From contig OY760067.1 of the NCBI GenBank assembly GCA_963662985.1, positions 1,502,100 through 1,566,099 on the forward strand: a DNA stretch of 64,000 nucleotides, given 5' to 3'. Source of the DNA: Anaerolineales bacterium. GTDB lineage: Bacteria > Chloroflexota > Anaerolineae > Anaerolineales > UBA11579. The notes under the pieces were generated by a model. The model worked only from the letters and a program-made list of their open reading frames with translations, had not been told where the DNA came from and did not search any database. Shown here one piece after another: positions 46,644 to 53,694 of this stretch (position 1 is the first letter of the stretch; every line of letters begins with the position of its first letter). The translations under genes were made by a program, and so were the position numbers.

Positions 46644-47570
46644 CTAGTCTTGTTTGCCGTAGCCGAAGCGATCTAGGAAGGCGTCGTCGTTGCGCCAGTT
46701 TTTGCGGACTTTGACTCGTAGGCGGAGGAAGACTTTGCGGCCGCTCATGGCTTCGATAGAATTGCGAGCGGAGGAGCCGATGCGTTTGAGCATTTCGCCT
46801 CCTTTGCCGATGACGATGCCTTTTTGGGAGTCACGCTCGACGAAGAGAGTGGCTTCGACATAGGCGCCGTGGTCTTCGCGTTCGGTATATTCGTCTACAC
46901 GGACGGCGATGCCGTGGGGGACTTCGTCTTTGAGGAGGATGAGGGCGGCTTCGCGGATGAGGTCGGCGGCGATGTCGCGTTCGTAGAGATCGGTGATTTG
47001 ATCTTCTGGGTAGAGTGGGGGACCTTCGGGGAGCATTTCGATGATTTGTTGGGTGAGCTCGGCGATGCCAAGGCCTTTGCGTGCGGCGATGGTGATGCTT
47101 TGGGAGGCGGGGACGAGGGCTTGGTATTCTTGGATGCGGGCGGCGAGCTTGGTTTGGTCTGGGACGAGATCGAGCTTGTTGATGACGAGGAGGAGGGGGG
47201 TGGTGAGGTTGGCTTCGTGAATGGCTTCAGCGATGATGAAGTCTCCTTCTTGGGGTGGGGTGCTGGCGTCTACGAGGAAGAGGATGAGGTCGTTTTCTTC
47301 TAGGGTGGAGAGGGCTTCTTCGTTCATTTTTTCGCCGAGTTTGTGTTTGATTTTGTGGACGCCGGGGGTGTCTACGAAGATGAGTTGGGCTTGGTCTTCT
47401 AGGGTGAGGATGCCGAGTTGGTTTTTGCGGGTGGTTTGGGGGCGAGGGGAGACGGCGGCGATTTTTTGCCCGAGGAATTTGTTTAGGAGGGTGGATTTGC
47501 CGGCATTTGGTTTGCCGATGATGCTGATATAGCCAGCACGATAGTTGTTGTTTTGGGTATTTTCTGTCAT
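46644..47570 (-). CDS. era: GTPase Era
   Basis: GKPNAGKSTL, DTPGVH, NKLD, and the C-terminal KH domain (IVIGKGGEMLKRIG). Confidence 0.95.
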   Translation of the reverse strand: MTENTQNNNYRAGYISIIGKPNAGKSTLLNKFLGQKIAAVSPRPQTTRKNQLGILTLEDQAQLIFVDTPGVHKIKHKLGEKMNEEALSTLEENDLILFLVDASTPPQEGDFIIAEAIHEANLTTPLLLVINKLDLVPDQTKLAARIQEYQALVPASQSITIAARKGLGIAELTQQIIEMLPEGPPLYPEDQITDLYERDIAADLIREAALILLKDEVPHGIAVRVDEYTEREDHGAYVEATLFVERDSQKGIVIGKGGEMLKRIGSSARNSIEAMSGRKVFLRLRVKVRKNWRNDDAFLDRFGYGKQD

Positions 47571-47636
47571 AGGTGTATTATACAGGTAATTGAGGGAAAG
47601 GAATATGGGTTTTGGGATATGAGGTTGTTTGGGCCC

Positions 47637-47664
47637 TTGCTTGTGGGGCAGGTTGGTTTATAAT
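47637..47664 (+). promoter_or_regulatory. Putative sigma-70 promoter of tRNA-Ser
   Basis: TTGCTT (47637-47642), a 16-nt spacer, then TATAAT (47659-47664). It ends 10 nt before the tRNA 5' end. Confidence 0.5.
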
Positions 47665-47673
47665 ACGACGGAT

Positions 47674-47762
47674 GGAGAGGTGCCAGAGTGGTTTAATGGG
47701 GCGGTCTCGAAAATCGTTGTAGTGCGCTAGCGCTACCGTGGGTTCGAATCCCACCCTCTCCG
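47674..47762 (+). tRNA. tRNA-Ser, anticodon CGA
   Basis: I folded it by hand. The acceptor stem is GGAGAGG/CCTCTCC. The D-stem is 3 bp with a GG loop. The anticodon loop is CTCGAAA. The long variable arm has a 7-bp stem. The T-arm is GTGGG-TTCGAAT-CCCAC. The discriminator is G, and no CCA is encoded. Confidence 0.88.
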
Positions 47763-47817
47763 CTGTTTTCTTTTTTCCCATTTTTTGTTTTGAATTTTTT
47801 AAGGTTGTTTTTTTTGG

Positions 47818-47910
47818 GTTGCCAGAATGTGCCAAGGCGGGTTTTGTTTGGTGCAGGAGGTGCCCTGGGGTGGGTTTTGCTGTGCCAGATGGTGCCAGGG
47901 TTTTGGGCGA
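47818..47910. repeat. Three degenerate ~31-bp tandem units just 3' of tRNA-Ser
   Basis: Units start at 47818, 47849 and 47880. Each has a (T/G)GTGCC(A) core followed by a GGGTTTTG tail. Unit 3 (GTGCCAGATGGT) resembles the tRNA D-arm segment GTGCCAGAGTGGT. Confidence 0.5.
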
Positions 47911-48110
47911 AGTGTGTTATTTAGTGCTTGAATTGCTTTTTAATTCTTTATTTAAATATAAAATGTATTTTTATATTATTTCTAAAATCTAGTTATATTT
48001 TTATTAAGTTATTATATCTTATTTCAGTTTTGGGCGCTGAGAAAAAAAGTGATGGAGTTGTTTTTTTGGTGTGTTTTTTCCCAGTGGGGGTGTTTGATTT
48101 TGTTAAGGTA

Positions 48111-48160
48111 CAGAACGTATGTTCTGTTTATATTATAGCGGATGTGTGGGGTTTTGTCAA
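48111..48160 (-). promoter_or_regulatory. Consensus sigma-70 promoter overlapped by a perfect LexA (Cheo/SOS) box
   Basis: On the minus strand: TTGACA (48155-48160), a 17-nt spacer, TATAAT (48132-48137). CAGAACGTATGTTCTG (48111-48126) contains GAAC-N4-GTTC across the expected transcription start. Confidence 0.6.
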
Positions 48161-48430
48161 ATTTAGGGGATGGTGAGAGGAGTTGTTTTCGTCTGTGTCG
48201 CTGGAGAAGATGGTGATTCCTAGGTAGGGTTGGTATTGCATGTCTTTGCCGGTGAGGGTGTCTAGGGTGGATTGGATATCTGCGAGGGTTTTGGGCATAG
48301 GCTTGTTGGGCATTGAGGGCTGCGACGGTTTGGGCTACGCTTAGTTCTGCGGTTTGGTCGTTGGTTTGTTGATCGCTGTTGTTGCCACAGGCGTATAAAA
48401 TTAAAAAAATACAATACCCCCTACGAGCAT
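48128..48430 (-). pseudogene. Degraded lipoprotein gene remnant
   Basis: Pieces sit in different frames. They are MLVGGIVFF*, then ...FLILYACGNNSDQQTNDQTAELSVAQTVAALNAQQAYAQ, then MPKTLADIQSTLDTLTGKDMQYQPYLGITIFSSDTDENNS. At least two frame breaks are present, one at a T7 run. Confidence 0.3.
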
Positions 48431-48582
48431 CGTTTTGTTTGTCAAATTTGTTTGGAGGAAGTTTTGGTTTGTTGTTATAATTTGGGCTATCAATGGTTTG
48501 GAGTGGGTTATATGATGACTTTCTTTTTTTTTTATTTTTTAATTTGCATTGGGGATATGTGGGTTTTTGATGAGGAGGATTT

Positions 48583-49229
48583 ATGGGGTTGGCTGATTAT
48601 AATAAGAAGTTTGATTTTAAGGATTTCTTTATTTTACTAATTTTAATATTGATTTGTGAATCGTCTTTATTGTTTGAATTTTTACTTGAAAAAGAGATAA
48701 GACTTTATATATGGAAATATTCATTTATTTTTGATTTGCTTTTTATTATCTTATTGCTTTTGAATAAAATAATAAAAAGCAATATTTTTTATACTATAGC
48801 TACTTAGCTACTTTTTTTAACCCTGCTTTTCGTCTTATGTTTAACTTAGCTTTTGGATTAATAATACGTTTTTTTGGTTTTAATTATTCATGGTTTATTC
48901 CTATAGTTATTATTTATTTCTCAATTTATCTTTTGATTTTAATTCCAGATGATAAATTAGTTATTATTAATAAATTTTTTGTTGATAGTAAAGTGATAAG
49001 TATTGGATTAGTTTTGCTTGGTTTTTTCATTGCTTTTGATAATAACAGGTATGTACTTCGATATAAGGTGCCTGGTAGTTTTAGAGAGATGTCTGGAATT
49101 CTTAGGGCTGGAATAGGAGTAATTATTTTAAATTTTTATTTTATAGTTTTGGCTGTTTCAAGTATAAAGAAATCGTATAAGAAATTCGATAATGAGAAAT
49201 TGCGGAAGAAAGGTTTTGTTGAGGAATGA
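48583..49229 (+). pseudogene. Array copy 1 (type A) of the six-TM paralog family, disrupted by an 8-bp tandem duplication
   Basis: Track ORFs 48583-48807 and 48837-49229 join into one full-length homolog of copies 3 and 5 if the second TAGCTACT (48805-48812) is removed. Confidence 0.8.
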
Positions 49230-49251
49230 GTGGGGTTTTGGAGGAGGATTA

Positions 49252-49896
49252 ATGGGATTTGCTGATTACACAAAAAAAATTACTTTAAAAGAAATTTTAT
49301 ATTTCTTTTTAATAACTTTTGGAACAGAGTCCGTTTTAATTTTTACATTTATGCTAGATAAAAATATACGAATTCAAATTTGTAAGTTTAATTTTTTATT
49401 TGATTTTATTTATTTTTTTTTACTATTGATAAACAAATACTTAAAGAGTAATTCGATATATATAATTTCACTTTATTTCACTTCAGCTTTTCGTATGATT
49501 GCAAATATGGCTATTGTTTTTATAATTTATTCGATAGGTTTTAGCTATGATTGGTTTTTACCTTTAGTTATCATTTATAGTTTATTTTGGCTTCATTTAC
49601 TATTTCCAGCAGATCAATTAAAAAAAATAAACACTTTTTTTATAGAAAGTAAAATTGTAAAAATAGTTTTGTTGATTCTGATTTCAATAACTATTTTTGG
49701 AAATAATCGTTATGCAATAAGATATAAAAGTATTGAAAGTATAAATTCAGGATTTTTATGTTTTGGATTAGGAACTATTATTTTTAATTATTACTGGATT
49801 ATTTCAGGAATTACTTCAGCAAAAGAATCGATAAAAATTTTTGAAAATAGAAAATTAAAGTTGGAAGAAAGAGAAGCAGAAGTTGTTGAGGGATGA
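49252..49896 (+). CDS. Array copy 2 (type B), ~214-aa six-TM protein of unknown function
   Basis: MGFADYTKK... N-terminus, SD GGAGGAGGA, and type-B C-terminus ENRKLKLEEREAEVVEG. Confidence 0.75.
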   Translation: MGFADYTKKITLKEILYFFLITFGTESVLIFTFMLDKNIRIQICKFNFLFDFIYFFLLLINKYLKSNSIYIISLYFTSAFRMIANMAIVFIIYSIGFSYDWFLPLVIIYSLFWLHLLFPADQLKKINTFFIESKIVKIVLLILISITIFGNNRYAIRYKSIESINSGFLCFGLGTIIFNYYWIISGITSAKESIKIFENRKLKLEEREAEVVEG

Positions 49897-49921
49897 AAGA
49901 GGGGTTTGAGAAGGAGGATTT

Positions 49922-50560
49922 ATGGGGTTAGCTGATTATAATAAGAAGGTTGATTTTAAGGATTTATTTTATTTAATATTATTAACTATCTTTTGTGAAT
50001 CATTTTTATTTTTAACATTTATGATAGAAAAGAAAATTCGGAGTCAAATATGGAAGTATTCAATTGTATTCGATTTATTCTTGTTTATATTATTAATTTT
50101 GAATAAAAAATTTAAAAGTAATTTATTATATTTTTTAGCATCAATTTTTTTACCAGTTTTGAGACCATTGTTTATTATGGGAATTGTATTAATTATAAGG
50201 ACAATTGGATTTGATTTCTCTTGGTTTATTCCAATTGTAATTTTTTATTTTTCTATTTGGTTTTTGCTTTTTTTACCTTCTGATAAATTAGAAACTCTTA
50301 ATAATTTTATTGTCAATAGTAAAGTAGCGTCAATTATATTATTTTTTATTATCGCATTTAGCATTTTTGATAATAACAGATATATAGTGAGATATAAAAT
50401 ACCAGGAAGCATTAGAGAAATTTCAGGTGCTATTAGATTAGGGTTTGGTTTAATAGTATTCAATTATTATTTTATTTTATTAGTCGTTACAGCTTTAAAA
50501 AGATCAAGTATAAAATTCACTGATGAGAAATTGCGGAAGAAAGGTTTTGTTGAGGGGTAA
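49922..50560 (+). CDS. Array copy 3 (type A), 212-aa six-TM protein of unknown function
   Basis: MGLADYNKK... N-terminus, SD AAGGAGGA, and type-A C-terminus DEKLRKKGFVEG. Confidence 0.75.
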   Translation: MGLADYNKKVDFKDLFYLILLTIFCESFLFLTFMIEKKIRSQIWKYSIVFDLFLFILLILNKKFKSNLLYFLASIFLPVLRPLFIMGIVLIIRTIGFDFSWFIPIVIFYFSIWFLLFLPSDKLETLNNFIVNSKVASIILFFIIAFSIFDNNRYIVRYKIPGSIREISGAIRLGFGLIVFNYYFILLVVTALKRSSIKFTDEKLRKKGFVEG

Positions 50561-50584
50561 GTGTTTTTTTGATGAGGAGGATTT

Positions 50585-51229
50585 ATGGGATTGCCTGATT
50601 ATACAAAAAAACTTAATTTAAAAGATTTTATATATTTCTTTTTATTAACAATTGGAACTGAATCGACTTTATTGTTTGCATTTATGCTGGAGAAAAATAT
50701 TCGTATTCAAATATGGAAGTATTCAATATTGCTTGATTGTATTTGTATATTTTTATTAATAATAAATAAATTTTTAAAGAATAAATATGTTTATATTTTG
50801 GCAAGTTTTTTTGCACCAGTTTTACGTATGATCTCGAATATGAGCATAGTTTTTATAATTTACTCAATTGGATTTAGTTATAAATGGTTTTCAATTGTAG
50901 TAATACTATATTGTTTAATTTGGTTATTTTTACTTTTTCCAAAAGATCAATTAAAAAAAATAAACACATTTTTTGTTGAAAGTAAAATTGTAAAAATAAT
51001 TTTATTGATAGTAATTCTAATTGCAATTTTTGGAAATAATCGTTATGCAATAAGATATAAAAGTATTGAAAGTATAAATTCAGGATTTTTACGTTTTGGA
51101 TTAGGATTTACTGTATTTAATTATTACTGGATAATATTAGGAGTTACTTCTATTAAGGAATCAATAAAAATATTTGAAAATAGAAAATTAAAGTTGGAAG
51201 AAGGAGGAGTAGAAGTTGTTGAGGGATGA
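50585..51229 (+). CDS. Array copy 4 (type B), 214-aa six-TM protein of unknown function
   Basis: MGLPDYTKK... N-terminus. It shares an identical 60-nt stretch with copy 2 (49699-49758 = 51032-51091). Confidence 0.75.
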   Translation: MGLPDYTKKLNLKDFIYFFLLTIGTESTLLFAFMLEKNIRIQIWKYSILLDCICIFLLIINKFLKNKYVYILASFFAPVLRMISNMSIVFIIYSIGFSYKWFSIVVILYCLIWLFLLFPKDQLKKINTFFVESKIVKIILLIVILIAIFGNNRYAIRYKSIESINSGFLRFGLGFTVFNYYWIILGVTSIKESIKIFENRKLKLEEGGVEVVEG

Positions 51230-51251
51230 AAGAGGGGTTTGAGGAGGATTT

Positions 51252-51893
51252 ATGGGATTGCCTGATTATAATAAAAAACTAACCTTTAAAGATTTTTTTG
51301 TTTTATTATTATTGGTTTTTTTATCTGAATCTTTGTTATTGTTAGCATTTTTACTAGAAAAAGAAATTCGAATTCAAATATGGAAATTTTCATTTATATT
51401 TGATCTTATATTCTTTTTATTATTATTAATAAATAAAATTATTAAAAGTAATGTAATTTATACAATTGCTACAATTTTTAACCCATCCTTTAGAGCAGTT
51501 ATAAATTTAGCTCTTATTATTCTTATTCGATATATCGGATTTAATTATTCTTGGTTTATTCCAATAGTGATAGTATATTTTTCCATGTATATTTTAATTT
51601 TTTTACCTGAAGATAAATTAGAAAGTATTAAAACGTTTTTTTTAGATAGTAAAGTGATATCAATAGGTTTATTTTTACTTTTTCTTTTCAGCTCAATAGG
51701 TAATAATAGATATGTTGTAAGATATAAAGTCCCTGGAAGCTTTAGTGAATTATCAGGTGCTGTTAGGTTGGGAATAGGTTTATTGATTATAAATTATTAT
51801 TTTATGATATTAGCTTTAACTACAATAAAAATCTCGTACAAACAATTTAATGATGAAAAATTGCTGAAGAAAGGTTTTGTTGAGGAATTATAG
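51252..51893 (+). CDS. Array copy 5 (type A), 213-aa six-TM protein of unknown function
   Basis: MGLPDYNKK... N-terminus and type-A C-terminus DEKLLKKGFVEEL. Confidence 0.75.
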   Translation: MGLPDYNKKLTFKDFFVLLLLVFLSESLLLLAFLLEKEIRIQIWKFSFIFDLIFFLLLLINKIIKSNVIYTIATIFNPSFRAVINLALIILIRYIGFNYSWFIPIVIVYFSMYILIFLPEDKLESIKTFFLDSKVISIGLFLLFLFSSIGNNRYVVRYKVPGSFSELSGAVRLGIGLLIINYYFMILALTTIKISYKQFNDEKLLKKGFVEEL

Positions 51894-51953
51894 AGGGGTT
51901 TAATAAATATAATTCTCATTTCTTTCTGATTAATTTAAGGGTAGAAATTAAGG

Positions 51954-52773
51954 TTGAAGATGCTAGATAAAAAATTATTGGAAAAGTACCAACTTGTATT
52001 TAAAAGAAATTATAAATTTTTTTATGATCTATGGGATAAAAAGGATTTATCTGAAATTTCGAATAATGATCTAATTTTTATTGGTTATTCTTTATTTGAA
52101 TTTTCAAAAAGAATTATTAATAAGAATAAAAGAGATTTATTGTTAAGTGAATCTAGAGATGTTTTGAATTTAATTTGTTTAGAAGATCTAAATGAATATG
52201 AAAAAGCTATTTATGATGAGTTTTTATTTTATATTAATTTTAGTGATTATTCTGATGAAGAGATTCTATTTAAATTGGAAGAAAATGTTGTTGATTTCCC
52301 TTTCTTAGGGAAATCGATGCTTAAGTTAGCTAAAACAAAAATTGATGAAAAAAAAATGATGATGCATTAATGCTTGCTGAAAAATTAGTGTCTATTTTTT
52401 CGTCCGATACATATTTACAATATTTTTATTTTGATATATTGATTTTGTTAGATAAAAAGGCAGTGGCTAGAAAAAAGATAAAAGATACGGAAAATAATAT
52501 AATAAAATTAATTTTTTTATACGTTTGTTCAGAGAGAAATATATTATTTAATTTTGCTATAGTTTAATTTATTTGTTTATTTCTTATTTAATAATTGAAA
52601 AATTATATTTAGGCTTAGTTGTTGTTATCTTATTAGTGGTTTTAATTAATTTTTTATTTTATTTATATCGATATTTGACAATTATTATGTTTAAAAATGA
52701 TTGGATAAAGAAAATTTTTGTGTCAGTCCCAATATTGGTTTTGTTTCATATTGTTAGACTTTTTCTGGTGTGA
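51954..52773 (+). pseudogene. Fragmented paralog of the 52828-53652 gene, split over three reading frames
   Basis: ORFs 51954-52370, 52370-52567 and 52573-52773 are collinear with the N-terminal, middle and TM parts of the neighbouring 274-aa protein. One example is LNEYEKAIYDEFLFYINFSDYSDEEILFKLEENVVDFPFLG versus LSLEEQSIFEEFQLFYNVYFNDYEEIKFDELISKFPYLG. Confidence 0.6.
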
Positions 52774-52827
52774 TGAAGTTGATTGAAAAAAAATAATAAG
52801 GATATTTAGGCGAGGATTTCAGTGTTT

Positions 52828-53652
52828 ATGGAAAATACTGCTTTACGTAATATGTATTTAGATATTTTTCAGGGAAAGTATGAGAAATATGCTATAGAGA
52901 TTGAGGAAAGTAATTTTGAAGAAATGAGTGTTCCTATGTTATTAGGGATGTATTATATATTAATTTCTGAGGCACATACTATTAAGAATTTATATTATAA
53001 AAAATTAAAATTAGGATATGCAAACCAGATTTTTGATATTTTGTCTAAAAGAAATTTATCTCTTGAAGAACAAAGTATCTTTGAAGAATTTCAATTATTT
53101 TATAATGTTTACTTTAATGATTATGAAGAAATTAAATTTGATGAATTGATTTCGAAGTTTCCTTATTTAGGTTTTACAAGAATTAGACGAATTAAAAATT
53201 TTAGAGACTTAAAAGAATTTAATAATGCTTTATTGGAAATTTCAATTATTAAAAATTATTATCCAAATTTGGAATTTTTAGAAATTTTGGAATCAGATAT
53301 TTTGGTAGAAAACAATGAATATGGAAAAGCATTAGATCTTATATATAATCTTAAACAGAATTATCTTACTAAGGTGTTTAAGTTATATTTGACTCCATTT
53401 TCAAAAGATAAAATGAAATATTTTGTTTTTTTGCTTGAAATTTTTATTTTTATAGTAGATTATTATTTGTTTAAAATTCATATAATGTTAGGATTTTTAC
53501 TTCTTTTACTAATTTTATATGGCTTAGGAAGGTTATATAAATATTACAAATTAAATACGATAATTTTATATGTTCAACTTTTTGTAAGAAAATGCGTTTT
53601 TTCTTTAATAATAATTTTTTTGTTAAATAATTTGATAGAGAAAATTGTTTAA
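52828..53652 (+). CDS. Hypothetical protein: helical N-terminal domain plus C-terminal TM helices
   Basis: About 274 aa counted from ATG 52828; the track starts at GTG 52822. I recognise no family. It is very AT-rich and is the intact paralog of the preceding fragments. Confidence 0.6.
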   Translation: MENTALRNMYLDIFQGKYEKYAIEIEESNFEEMSVPMLLGMYYILISEAHTIKNLYYKKLKLGYANQIFDILSKRNLSLEEQSIFEEFQLFYNVYFNDYEEIKFDELISKFPYLGFTRIRRIKNFRDLKEFNNALLEISIIKNYYPNLEFLEILESDILVENNEYGKALDLIYNLKQNYLTKVFKLYLTPFSKDKMKYFVFLLEIFIFIVDYYLFKIHIMLGFLLLLLILYGLGRLYKYYKLNTIILYVQLFVRKCVFSLIIIFLLNNLIEKIV

Positions 53653-53668
53653 AATTTGACAATTTTTT

Positions 53669-53694
53669 GACTGCCCTTGAGGCAGTCTTTTTTT
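53669..53694 (+). terminator. Intrinsic terminator closing the AT-rich island
   Basis: GACTGCC-cttga-GGCAGTC followed by TTTTTTT. Confidence 0.8.

Noticed and set aside
45881-47532. Multiple overlapping ORFs in several frames on both strands across yhhN and era. Examples are 105-aa and 109-aa Ser/Pro-rich ORFs and 113-aa and 159-aa Glu/Gly/Asp-rich ORFs.
   Set aside because: They are low-complexity and mutually overlapping. Only the YhhN-like and Era frames give recognisable proteins. Stop codons are scarce here because of extreme G/C strand bias.
47578-47835. An 85-aa minus-strand ORF.
   Set aside because: It runs antisense straight through the tRNA-Ser gene (the segment ...ERVGFEPTVALA... 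is the complement of the tRNA T-arm). It has no SD.
47819-47900. Sigma-54-like elements on the minus strand (TGGCAC-ATTC-TGGCA and TGGCAC-CATC-TGGCA).
   Set aside because: The GG-to-GC spacing is one nucleotide shorter than in the TGGCACG-N4-TTGCW consensus, and the -12 element reads TGGC rather than TTGC. No bEBP gene is nearby.
48583-51893. The regular ~667-bp periodicity, considered as a CRISPR or satellite array.
   Set aside because: The period is gene-sized and each unit is a full ORF with its own SD. No short repeat/spacer structure occurs anywhere in the window.
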